Shown here: in pieces, positions 38,361-47,367 of the stretch
Layout: every line of letters begins with the position of its first letter
How positions within the stretch are numbered: the stretch's first letter is position 1
From: Candidatus Poribacteria bacterium
GTDB taxonomy: Bacteria > Poribacteria > WGA-4E > GCA-2687025
NCBI GenBank assembly: GCA_963665845.2
Contig: OY762492.1
Location: 1,952,001-2,016,000 of the forward strand
DNA length: 64,000 bases
Direction: 5' to 3'
Made by a program: the position numbers and the translations under genes
Notes under the pieces: model-generated
Told to the model about the DNA's origin: nothing
The model's database searches: none
What the model saw: the letters and a program-made list of their open reading frames with translations, nothing else

Positions 38361-40088
38361 ATGGACTTGCGCAAGCAGATCATCGCCGCGCTGGGGTTGG
38401 CGGCCGTCCTGGCGGTTCTCGCGGCTGTTTATCTGTTTCTGAACGGAAACGGCGGCGGCAGCGGCGGCGGACAGACGCCGCTCGGCGATGAATACGGAAT
38501 CGCGCCCGCCGACATACAGAAGGCGCAGTTTCGATACGCCGACTCGTCCCTGCCGGATATAACGCTGGAGCGGGTTGACGGCGAATGGCGCCTCGCGGAG
38601 CCGATACAGGTTCCCGCCGTCCAAGAGCGCGCCGAAGCGCTGCTCCGCTTTTTGAAATTGCCCGTCCGCAAGCGCGTTCAGGGCGACATGTCCGAATTCG
38701 GGCTGACGGAACCGACCGTCTCCGTAACGCTTCATACATCGTCCAAAACGCTCGCCTTTCTGTTCGGGCGAAAAAGCGTCAGCTACGGAATGTATGTGAA
38801 AGAAAAAAGCGAGAGCGGCGCCTTCATCATGGAGGCGTATCTCATCGACGAGCTGCTCGTGTCGCCGTCCGATCTGCGCGACCGCAGGATCGTTCCGCTG
38901 CCGTCCGACAAGGCGGCGCGCGTTCAGATTGAGCGCGGCGGCAAGCCTGTCGTCTCCATAGAGCGGGTTGATCCAGACGCGGACTGGCGGCTTGTTTCGC
39001 CGGTCAAGGCGGCGGCTGATCAAGCGGCGGTTCAGCGTTTTCTGGACGCGCTGTTGAGCCTCAACGCCGAGCAGTTTCTTCCGCCGATGGAGACGACCCC
39101 GTCCGAGTGGAGCGCGGCGGTCGAGACGTTTGACGGCGCGCGGCGCGTTCTTTATATGGAGCGAAGCGGCGTCGAAGGGCGGCTGCTGGCGGCGGACGAG
39201 AACGGGTATGCGTATGCGGCGTCCGACTCGTTTCTGGCGCATCTGCCGACAGAGCCGTTTGCGTGGCGGGAGAAGCGCATCGCCGACTTTCAGCGCACCG
39301 AGACAACGCGCGTCGATGTGGAGAACCGATACGGCGCGTTTGCGCTGGAGCGTCCGTCAACGGCAAGCAGCGAATGGCGCCTCGTTGAACCTGCGGAGCG
39401 TCCGGCGGACGGCGGTCTGATGAGCGATCTGCTGTTTCATCTCGATTCGGCGCAGGCGCTGCGCATCTTGAGCGAAGACGGAAAGGACGCGGCGGCATAC
39501 GGGTTCAACCGCCCGCGCGTACGTATACGTTTTAATGGCGGCAGCGGCGCGGAGATTGAAATTGGCGCGGAGGCGGAGGGCGGCGCGGCGGTGCGCTCCT
39601 CCATGTCGCCTCTGATTGGCGCGTATCGGATGGAAGACCTGCGCGGATGGATGGAAGGTCCGGCGGCGTTCCGAAGCAAGCGGCTGTTTGATCACAAAAC
39701 AAGCGAGGCAAAGCGCATTGAGATCGACAACGGACGCGAATCGTTCGTCTTGGCGCGGGGGGGCTTTGTGCAGTGGCGCATCGAAAAGCCGTACCCTGAA
39801 GCGGCGAACACCGAAGCGGTAGAACAGATGAACATCGGGCTGCGCGACCTGCGCGCCGCGCGGTTTTATTCCGAACCGCCGCCCGTTTCAAAAACAGGCT
39901 TAGACCGCCCGCGTCTGACCGCCGCCTTGACGCTTGAGGATGGGCGTCGAATCCAGCTGCTTTTTGGGAAGGATGGGACCGACGGCGTCTACGCGCAAAT
40001 GGAGGGGGACGCGGACGTTTTTGCCGCGCCGACGGAAGCGTTTGAGCTGCTGAACGCGAGCCTGGACGAGCTGCGCGCGAAGCGGTGA
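38361..40088 (+). CDS. DUF4340 domain-containing membrane-anchored protein
   Basis: N-terminal TM; repeated WRLxxP...FGLxxP and LRDRRI/WREKRI/FRSKRL units. Confidence 0.8.
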   Translation: MDLRKQIIAALGLAAVLAVLAAVYLFLNGNGGGSGGGQTPLGDEYGIAPADIQKAQFRYADSSLPDITLERVDGEWRLAEPIQVPAVQERAEALLRFLKLPVRKRVQGDMSEFGLTEPTVSVTLHTSSKTLAFLFGRKSVSYGMYVKEKSESGAFIMEAYLIDELLVSPSDLRDRRIVPLPSDKAARVQIERGGKPVVSIERVDPDADWRLVSPVKAAADQAAVQRFLDALLSLNAEQFLPPMETTPSEWSAAVETFDGARRVLYMERSGVEGRLLAADENGYAYAASDSFLAHLPTEPFAWREKRIADFQRTETTRVDVENRYGAFALERPSTASSEWRLVEPAERPADGGLMSDLLFHLDSAQALRILSEDGKDAAAYGFNRPRVRIRFNGGSGAEIEIGAEAEGGAAVRSSMSPLIGAYRMEDLRGWMEGPAAFRSKRLFDHKTSEAKRIEIDNGRESFVLARGGFVQWRIEKPYPEAANTEAVEQMNIGLRDLRAARFYSEPPPVSKTGLDRPRLTAALTLEDGRRIQLLFGKDGTDGVYAQMEGDADVFAAPTEAFELLNASLDELRAKR

Positions 40089-40885
40089 AGCCGAACGGAA
40101 TCGTCGCGCTGTTGACCGATTTTGGAGTCGCCGATCCGTTTGTCGGCGTTATGAAGGGCGTTGTTTTGAGCGTTGCGCCTGGGGCGTCCGTTGTGGACAT
40201 CGCGCATGGCGTCCCGCCTCAAAATCTGGAGGCGGGGTCTCTTTTCTTGGCGTATTCTGCGCCGTATTTTCCGATCGGGACGATCATCGCCGCGGTCGTG
40301 GATCCAGGCGTCGGGACAAGTCGGCGCGCTGTCGCCGTGGAGACGGACCGCGGCTGGCGCGTCGCCCCTGACAACGGGCTGCTGACGCGGCTGCTGCGTA
40401 CGGAGAGGCTGCGCGCCGCCGTGGAGCTGACGAACGCGGCAATGCTGCTGCCGAAGGTGAGCGGGACGTTTCACGGGCGGGACATCTTCGCGCCGGCGGC
40501 GGCTCAACTGGCGGCGGGCGTTCCGCTTGAACAGATGGGCGAGCCTGTCGACGATCTGATTCAGCTGTCGATGGAGCCGCCGAAGAGGCGCGGGCGGGTC
40601 GTCTATGCGCGCGTTCTGTTTGCGGATCGGTTCGGCAATTTGACGACGAATCTATCGGCGGAGGAGGCGCCGGGCGGCGTTGAACAAGCGTCGCTGGGCG
40701 AGATAAATTTTGGGGCGCCGCGCCGTTCATACGGATATGCGGAGCAGGGCGCGCCCGTATGCGTCTGGAACAGCTTCGGGCTGCTGGAGCTGGCGCTGAA
40801 CGGAGGCGATCTAGCGGCGCATATCGGCTGGCGCAGGGAGGAGCGGCTGACAGCGGCGGCGGTCTTGGCAGCGCCGTCTCCCTAG
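40085..40885 (+). CDS. SAM hydrolase (DUF62 family)
   Basis: LTDFG; VVDPGVGTSRR; PDNG; TFHGRDIF; DRFGN. Confidence 0.92.
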   Translation: MKPNGIVALLTDFGVADPFVGVMKGVVLSVAPGASVVDIAHGVPPQNLEAGSLFLAYSAPYFPIGTIIAAVVDPGVGTSRRAVAVETDRGWRVAPDNGLLTRLLRTERLRAAVELTNAAMLLPKVSGTFHGRDIFAPAAAQLAAGVPLEQMGEPVDDLIQLSMEPPKRRGRVVYARVLFADRFGNLTTNLSAEEAPGGVEQASLGEINFGAPRRSYGYAEQGAPVCVWNSFGLLELALNGGDLAAHIGWRREERLTAAAVLAAPSP

Positions 40886-40920
40886 ACACTTCCCAACCAG
40901 ACCATTCCCCGCTTCCGTAA

Positions 40921-41080
40921 AACCCCCCAGCCCCCCTTTTCAAGGGGGGAGTCCAGAAACCGCGCCCCAACCGCTGTTATTGGGCTATTCGTCATTCCCG
41001 CGCAAGCGGGAATCCAGAGGCGCCGTAGAAGAGGTTCGCGTTCGCATGCCGAGATGTCCCAACTTAAGACGTGAGGTCAG
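40921..41080. mobile_element. Hairpin plus REP plus MITE-like element end
   Basis: CCCCCTTTTCAAGGGGG, REP at 40990, terminus 41054-41080. Confidence 0.75.
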
Positions 41081-41089
41081 GCGGCGCCT

Positions 41090-41118
41090 TTGACGTAACG
41101 CCCGTCTTGCGCTATGAT
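41090..41118 (+). promoter_or_regulatory. Sigma70-like promoter of tyrS
   Basis: TTGACG-17 nt-TATGAT. Confidence 0.75.
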
Positions 41119-41150
41119 TCCATCGGCATCCGATCAGTTAAGGAGCGAAG

Positions 41151-42395
41151 ATGGACGGCGGACGCGCCCTGACCATAGAGCAGCAGCGAAAAATACTGGA
41201 ACGCGGCGTTGAAGAGATACTGCCCGCGGGAGAGCTGGAGCCGCTCTTGCGCCTCGCCGAGAAAGAACGGCGACCCCTGCGCGTCAAGCTCGGCATTGAC
41301 CCGACCGCCTCGGACATCCATCTCGGCTTCGCTGTCGTCTTGAGAAAGCTGCGCCAGTTTCAAAACCTCGGACACACCGCCTGCCTTGTGATCGGCGACT
41401 TCACCGCTTCCATCGGCGATCCGACCGGACGCTCCAAGACGCGCCCGATCCTCTCCCGCGCCGACATTGAACGCAACATCCAAAGCTACGAACAGCAGCT
41501 GTACCGAATCTTAGACCCCGACCGAACCGAAATTTTTTACAACGGCGACTGGCTCGCCGAGATGCGCTTCGCGGACGTCGTCCAGCTCGCTTCCCAGTAC
41601 ACCGCCGCGCGAATCCTGGAGCGGGACGACTTTGCAAAACGCGTTGAGGATCAGCAGCCGGTCTATATCCACGAGATGCTGTACCCGCTCTGTCAAGGGC
41701 AGGATTCTGTGCAGATACGGTCGGACATTGAGCTGGGCGGATCCGATCAAAAATTCAACAACCTGGTCGGGCGCGACCTGCAGCGCAACGCAGGGCAGCG
41801 CCCCCAGCTTGTCATGCTGATGCCGCTTCTGGTCGGAACGGACGGCGTCGAAAAGATGAGCAAGTCTCTCGGCAACTACATCGCTATCGACGAATCGCCT
41901 GAAGAGCAATTCGGCAAAACGATGTCGATACCGGATGAGCAGATTGTTCCGTATATGGAGCTGGCGGCGGGCGCGTCTCCCGAAGAGGCGGAGGCGGCGC
42001 GCGCCGAGAACAATCCGATGGCGGCAAAAACGGCGCTGGCGAAGCGCATCGCCGCGTTGTATCATGGACTGGAAGCCGCGGAACGGGCGGCGGAGCATTT
42101 TGCCGCGACGGTGCGCCGCCGAGAAACCCCCGACGAGATGCCGACGCTGAACGCCGCGCCGCTTATCGAAAACAGCGGAGAAAAAGGCGGAGAGAAGGAG
42201 GGCGTCTGGATTGTCAAGCTGATCGCCGAGGCGGGCTTCGCCGACAGCAACAGCGCCGCCCGCCGCCTCATCCAGCAAGGCGCCGTCTCTATTGACGGTG
42301 AGCGCATTACGGACGCCAACGCGCAGGTCTTCCCCGACGACGGGGCGGTCTTGAAGGCGGGAAAACGCCGCTTTGTCCGCCTCGTCATGAAATAA
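41151..42395 (+). CDS. tyrS: Tyrosine--tRNA ligase
   Basis: GIDPTASDIHLG; IGDPTGRSKTR; KMSKS; C-terminal S4 domain. Confidence 0.97.
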   Translation: MDGGRALTIEQQRKILERGVEEILPAGELEPLLRLAEKERRPLRVKLGIDPTASDIHLGFAVVLRKLRQFQNLGHTACLVIGDFTASIGDPTGRSKTRPILSRADIERNIQSYEQQLYRILDPDRTEIFYNGDWLAEMRFADVVQLASQYTAARILERDDFAKRVEDQQPVYIHEMLYPLCQGQDSVQIRSDIELGGSDQKFNNLVGRDLQRNAGQRPQLVMLMPLLVGTDGVEKMSKSLGNYIAIDESPEEQFGKTMSIPDEQIVPYMELAAGASPEEAEAARAENNPMAAKTALAKRIAALYHGLEAAERAAEHFAATVRRRETPDEMPTLNAAPLIENSGEKGGEKEGVWIVKLIAEAGFADSNSAARRLIQQGAVSIDGERITDANAQVFPDDGAVLKAGKRRFVRLVMK

Positions 42396-42405
42396 GGGCG
42401 CGTCG

Positions 42406-43119
42406 ATGAGCGACTTTTGCGTCGTCATGCCCGCCTACAACGAAGCGGCGGCGGTCGGAGAGGCGGCGGCGCTGGCGCGTTCTTACGCCCCGCTCGTTCT
42501 GGTCGTGGACGACGGCTCCACCGACGCGACGGCGTCAGAAGCGGAAGCGGCAGGGGCTGAAGTGGCGCGCCTCCCCCAAAACAGCGGCAAGGGCAAGGCG
42601 CTCCAAACAGGCTTTGAAATCGCGCGCCGCCGCGGCTTTGAAATGGTCGTCGCGCTGGACGCGGACGGGCAGCATGACCCGCGCGACATACCGCGTTTTT
42701 TAGAGGCGCGCCGACGTTCCAACGCGGACGCGGTGGTCGGGACGCGCATGGCAAACGCGGCGCAGATGCCGATTCACCGCCGGCTCAACAACCGGTGGAT
42801 CGCCATGGTCGGCTCATGGCTCGGCGGACAGCATGCGCCCGATTTTCAGTGCGGCTTCCGCCTCTACAGGCTGGAACCGCTGCGGTCGCTTCGGCTGGAA
42901 ACGAGCGGCTTTGAGTTTGAATCGGAGCTGCTGATACAGATGCTGCGCGCCGGCTGGAAAGTGGAATGGACGCCTGTCAAAGCGGCATACGGGAATGAAA
43001 CAAGCCATGTGCGCGCGGGTCGGGAGATGGCGCGCTTCACGCGGCTTTTTTTCAGACAGCTGACGCCGTATAAAAGGGATTGCGCTGACGATGCAGCGCG
43101 GAAGGATGACGGCAGATGA
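42406..43119 (+). CDS. Glycosyltransferase family 2 (DPM-synthase-like)
   Basis: PAYNE; VDDGSTD; DADGQH; QCGFR. Confidence 0.92.
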   Translation: MSDFCVVMPAYNEAAAVGEAAALARSYAPLVLVVDDGSTDATASEAEAAGAEVARLPQNSGKGKALQTGFEIARRRGFEMVVALDADGQHDPRDIPRFLEARRRSNADAVVGTRMANAAQMPIHRRLNNRWIAMVGSWLGGQHAPDFQCGFRLYRLEPLRSLRLETSGFEFESELLIQMLRAGWKVEWTPVKAAYGNETSHVRAGREMARFTRLFFRQLTPYKRDCADDAARKDDGR

Positions 43120-44333
43120 ACAACAAAACGGCATGCCTCGTCGGATCGCTGGACACAAAGGGCGAGGAGTTTCTGTTTTTAAAGGAGCGCATTGAGGCGC
43201 AGGGCGTTCAAACGCTCGTCATTGACGGCGGCGTCATGGGCGAGCCTCCGTTCGCGCCGGACATATCGGCGTCCGAGACGGCGACGGCGGCGCAAACCGA
43301 CCTTGAAACGCTGCGCAGTAGAGGCGACCGAGGCGAGGCGGTCGCCGCGATGGCGGACGGCGCGGCGCGGCTGGCGGCAGACCTGTTTGCGGAAGGCAAG
43401 ATCGATGGCGTCGTCTCTCTCGGCGGCTCGGCAGGGACGACCATCGGAACGGCGGCGATGCGCGCGCTTCCGTTCGGCGCCCCGAAGGTGATGGTATCCA
43501 CGCTCGCCTCCGGCAACGTCCAGCCGTATGTTCAAACAAAAGACATCGCCATGATCTACCCGATCGTCGATGTGGCGGGTTTAAACAGCGTCCTGCGCCG
43601 TTCCATTGCGAACGCCGCCGCCTGCATCTGCGGCATGCTGAACGCGCCGCCTCTGGAGTCGTCCGCGGATCGACCTGTCGTCGCGGCGACCATGTTCGGC
43701 GTGACGACGCCATGCGTCACGGCGGCGCGCGCCGTCTTGGAGGCGGCGGGGTATGAAACGCTTGTGTTTCACGCGACCGGCGTCGGCGGGCAGGCGATGG
43801 AGAGCCTCATACGCGACGGCGCCGTTCAAGGCGTCTTAGACATCACCACGACCGAACTGGCGGATGAGCTGGTCGGCGGCATTTTGAGCGCCGGTCCGGA
43901 ACGGCTGAACGCCGCGGCGGAAACGGCGATACCGCAGATCGCCGCGCCAGGGGCGCTGGATATGGTGAACTTCGGACCGCCCGGCGAGGTTCCCGACAAG
44001 TTTGCCGACCGCCTCTTTTATCAGCATAATCCGAACGTCACGCTCATGCGAACGACGCCTGACGAATGCCGTCAGCTCGGCGAGATCATCGCGCGCAAGT
44101 TGACCGCTTCAAAGGCGCCGGCGGCGTTCCTTTTCCCTCAAAAAGGGTTCTCCGCTATCGACGCGGAGGGGCAGCCGTTTGAAGACGCCGAGGCGCGCGC
44201 CGCGTTTCTGGACGGGTTCCAATCCAAGGCGGGCGGAAATATAGAGCTGATCGAACTGGACGCGCATATCAACGACGAGGCGTTTGCCGAAGCGGCCGCG
44301 AAGGCGCTGTTGAAACGGATCGACTCGGCGTAA
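43116..44333 (+). CDS. Tm-1-like ATP-binding domain protein (UPF0261)
   Basis: LDTKGEE; GGSAGT; TMFGVTT; FHATGVGG; DMVNFG; HNPNVTLMRT. Confidence 0.92.
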   Translation: MNNKTACLVGSLDTKGEEFLFLKERIEAQGVQTLVIDGGVMGEPPFAPDISASETATAAQTDLETLRSRGDRGEAVAAMADGAARLAADLFAEGKIDGVVSLGGSAGTTIGTAAMRALPFGAPKVMVSTLASGNVQPYVQTKDIAMIYPIVDVAGLNSVLRRSIANAAACICGMLNAPPLESSADRPVVAATMFGVTTPCVTAARAVLEAAGYETLVFHATGVGGQAMESLIRDGAVQGVLDITTTELADELVGGILSAGPERLNAAAETAIPQIAAPGALDMVNFGPPGEVPDKFADRLFYQHNPNVTLMRTTPDECRQLGEIIARKLTASKAPAAFLFPQKGFSAIDAEGQPFEDAEARAAFLDGFQSKAGGNIELIELDAHINDEAFAEAAAKALLKRIDSA

Positions 44334-44359
44334 AAGCGAAACGAAAGGGCAGTTGCAGT

Positions 44360-45028
44360 ATGGGAAGATTGAAAAAGCTGGCGCGGGAGGCGCAGCGCAA
44401 AGGTTTTCACATATCGGGCTTGATCATCCCCGTTCTTTACTACGCGGGACTCAAGCTGGACATCCCTGGAACCGACCGGACATGGTTGACGCGGGAGCTG
44501 GCGGCATGGATCGCCGGCGGCGTCGCGGGTTTGTCCCTGGCGGTCGACGCCGCGCGGCTGTCGGACGCGAACGCGAATCGCTGGTTCATCCGCTTTTTTG
44601 GACATATCCTGCGCAAGTCGGAGCGGCGGAAAATCACCGGCACCACCTATTATTTGATTGGATCGTTCCTGTCGATTTTGCTGTTTAAGCCGGCAATTGC
44701 GATCGCGGCGCTGCTGTTTTTGGTGTTCGGCGACTTTGCGGCGGCGCTCGTCGGCGTCGCGGTCGGGCGCATACGTCTTCTCGGCGGCAAGACGCTGGAG
44801 GGCGCGCTCGCCTGCTTTGCGGTCTGCGCGGCGGTCGGGCTGCTCATTTTTTGGAAAGTCATGCCGCACTGGAGCTACGGCGTTCTGGCGCTGTCCGGCG
44901 CCGTCGCGGCGACGGCGGCCGAACTGCTGCCCGGCCCGCTGAACGACAACCTGACGATACCGCTCATATCGGGCTTAGCCGTCATTGCAGTCGCCTTTTT
45001 AGCGGGCATAGACGTTCCATTGCCATAA
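44360..45028 (+). CDS. Dolichol/phytol/diacylglycerol kinase family membrane protein
   Basis: RKGFH; GDFAAALVG; KTLEG; NDNLTIP. Confidence 0.88.
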   Translation: MGRLKKLAREAQRKGFHISGLIIPVLYYAGLKLDIPGTDRTWLTRELAAWIAGGVAGLSLAVDAARLSDANANRWFIRFFGHILRKSERRKITGTTYYLIGSFLSILLFKPAIAIAALLFLVFGDFAAALVGVAVGRIRLLGGKTLEGALACFAVCAAVGLLIFWKVMPHWSYGVLALSGAVAATAAELLPGPLNDNLTIPLISGLAVIAVAFLAGIDVPLP

Positions 45029-45041
45029 GCAAAAAGCGAAA

Positions 45042-45189
45042 CTGACCTCATGCTAAAAGTTGGGACATTTGAACGGAAAAAGGCGTTGCCAACCAGGCCG
45101 TCATTCCCGCGCAAGCGGGAATCTAGAGGCGTCGCAGAAGACGCTCGCGTTTGCCAAGCGGAATGCCTCAACTAAAGCGCTACGGTCAG
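45042..45189. mobile_element. Complete MITE-like element with possible 6-bp target-site duplication
   Basis: CTGACC...GGTCAG termini, central REP; GCGAAA on both flanks (45036-45041 and 45190-45195). Confidence 0.72.
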
Positions 45190-45223
45190 GCGAAACTGAA
45201 CGTTATCACGAAACGGACGGAAC

Positions 45224-46030
45224 ATGAAACTACTTTTGGCGGTCAGCGCGGCGATCCTTTTGACAGCGGGATGCGGCATCTCATCAGACGACCCTGAAGA
45301 AAATTATCCGCCGGCGGCGCCCAGAGGCGTCCGATCCATCAGCGGAAGCGGACAAGTGACGGTCATCTGGTACCCGAACACAGAACCAGATCTGGCGGGC
45401 TATCAGATCTGGCGGAGCCTGCAGCCTGGGGACGGGTACCGGAAAATCGCGACCGTCGGACCGAACGCGGCGCAGTATCTGGACATCAACCTTGAAAACG
45501 GAACCACCTACTATTACGCGGTGCTGGCGTTTGACCAGGACGGCAACGAGAGCGAATTCAACCCTGAAATCGTTGAAGACACGCCGCGGCCCGAAGGAAG
45601 CAACGTGACGCTGCGCAACTACCGGGACGACCCGTCCAGAGCCGGCTTCGCGTTCAGAAACGGCGCCTTCGGTCCCGTCCGCTGGGACGCGGACGGCGAC
45701 GACCGGCTCGACCGAGACGTCGACATCTTCTTCGGGCGAAACGACGAATTCCGCATCAATTACATCTACTCCGATCATGACGACCTGCTCATGCAAGACC
45801 TCGGCTACCGCGACACGCTGGACGAGGTGGATGTGGCGCCGCTTCACGGTTACACGATCATCTCGGTCGAAGCGCTGGCGGGGCATGTGTATGCGTTCTT
45901 CACGCCGGACGGCAACTACGCGAAGATACGGGTGACGCGCGTCTCGTCCAATGAGATCACGTTCGACTGGGCGTATCAGCTCCAGGAGGAGAACGCCGAC
46001 CTCGCGCCGCCGCAAACAGGAGGCGAATGA
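45224..46030 (+). CDS. Fibronectin type III domain lipoprotein
   Basis: Lipobox LTAGC; PPAAP...W...GYQIWR...NGTTYYYAVLAFDQDGNES. Confidence 0.88.
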   Translation: MKLLLAVSAAILLTAGCGISSDDPEENYPPAAPRGVRSISGSGQVTVIWYPNTEPDLAGYQIWRSLQPGDGYRKIATVGPNAAQYLDINLENGTTYYYAVLAFDQDGNESEFNPEIVEDTPRPEGSNVTLRNYRDDPSRAGFAFRNGAFGPVRWDADGDDRLDRDVDIFFGRNDEFRINYIYSDHDDLLMQDLGYRDTLDEVDVAPLHGYTIISVEALAGHVYAFFTPDGNYAKIRVTRVSSNEITFDWAYQLQEENADLAPPQTGGE

Positions 46031-46794
46031 GTATGGCGGACGCCGCGCGCCGAGTCTTTGCCGTCATAGCCGCTCTTGTATGGGCGGCGTCGGCGGTCTG
46101 CGCGGAAACGCCGCTCCATGAAGCGCCTGTCCTAAACCCGCTTCCGATCAAGGTCGGCGAACGGCTTGAGTACAAGGTGAAACTGGGCATCATCGGCGCG
46201 GGGACGCAGACGATGGAGATCGCCGCCAAAGAGACGATGAACGGCGCGCCCGTCTTCAAGCTGCTGTCGAAATCGGAGCCGTCCTCCGCCTTGAAACGCA
46301 TCTATTCGTTCCGCGACGCGAAGACCAGTTATATTCATCTGAACACGCTGCTGCCGATTCGGTATGAAAAAGACATTCAAGACCGCTCCTACAAGGCGAA
46401 GTTTCTCGTCCGTTTTGACCGCTCCGCCGACGAAGCGAAGGTGTGGAAAGACGGCGCGTTTGAATCGACCGTCGCTCTCAAGCCGTTCACGCAGGACGAG
46501 CTGAGCATGATCTACTACATGCGCAGCCGAGACCTCCGCCCCGGCGAGACCTACACCTACGATTTTTTCACGGGGCGGAAAATTCACAGCGTCAAAATAC
46601 ATGTGAAAAGCCGCGTCTTTGTGGACGCTCCGAAACCGATCGGAAAGCGCCCCGCGCTGCGCATTGAAGCGTCGGACGGGTTCCGCATGTGGCTGACGGC
46701 AGACGCCGACCGCCTGCCGGTCAAGATCGAAGCGCCGGTCAAGTTTTTTGGGACGCTGAAGGCGGAGCTGTCCGAATATAAAGCGGGGCGTTAA
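46027..46794 (+). CDS. DUF3108 domain secreted protein
   Basis: GERLEYKV; QDELSMIYYMRS; WLTADADRLPVKI. Confidence 0.8.
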   Translation: MSMADAARRVFAVIAALVWAASAVCAETPLHEAPVLNPLPIKVGERLEYKVKLGIIGAGTQTMEIAAKETMNGAPVFKLLSKSEPSSALKRIYSFRDAKTSYIHLNTLLPIRYEKDIQDRSYKAKFLVRFDRSADEAKVWKDGAFESTVALKPFTQDELSMIYYMRSRDLRPGETYTYDFFTGRKIHSVKIHVKSRVFVDAPKPIGKRPALRIEASDGFRMWLTADADRLPVKIEAPVKFFGTLKAELSEYKAGR

Positions 46795-46834
46795 GCGTCC
46801 CCGCCTGAACGTCCCCCGCTTCCGCGAGGGCATG

Positions 46835-47303
46835 CATTCCCGCGCCTTCTCCCCGTCATTCCCGCGCCTTCTCCCCGTCATTCCCGCGTAAGCGGGAATC
46901 CAGAGGCGCCGCAGAAGACATCCGCGTTCACCTCAAACGTTCATCCTACCCGCCGTCATTCCCGCGCCTTCTCCCCGTCATTCCCGCGTAAGCGGGAATC
47001 CAGAGGCGCCGCAGTCGACATCCGCGTTCACCTCAAACGTTCATCCTACCCGCCGTCATTCCCGCGTAAGCGGGAATCCAGAGTCTTCTTGCGGCGCTGA
47101 AAACCCTCCTAGCCCCCCTTTTCAAGGGGGAACGGCCAGCGACGCGCAAGCGGGAATCCAGGGTCTTCTTACGGCGCTGAAAACCCCCCTAGCCCCCTTT
47201 TCAAGGGGGAACGGCCAGCGACGCGCAAGCGGGAATCCAGAGGCGCCGCAGAAGACGTCCGCGTTCGCATGTCGAAATGTCCCAACTTAAGACGTGAGGT
47301 CAG
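46835..47303. repeat. Expanded REP cluster ending in the MITE-like terminus
   Basis: Nested 22-bp, 100-bp and 79-bp direct duplications around REP and CCCCTTTTCAAGGGG hairpins; terminus 47277-47303. Confidence 0.85.
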
Positions 47304-47367
47304 CGCTTGCCCTTGACAAAACGGCGCAAACGACGCATATTCTACTGTAGACAACGCGGAGAAACGC

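Noticed and set aside
40085-40885. SAM-dependent fluorinase/chlorinase
   Set aside because: Has the Asp-Arg-His hydrolase signature (VDPGVGTSRR, TFHGRD) of DUF62 SAM hydrolases
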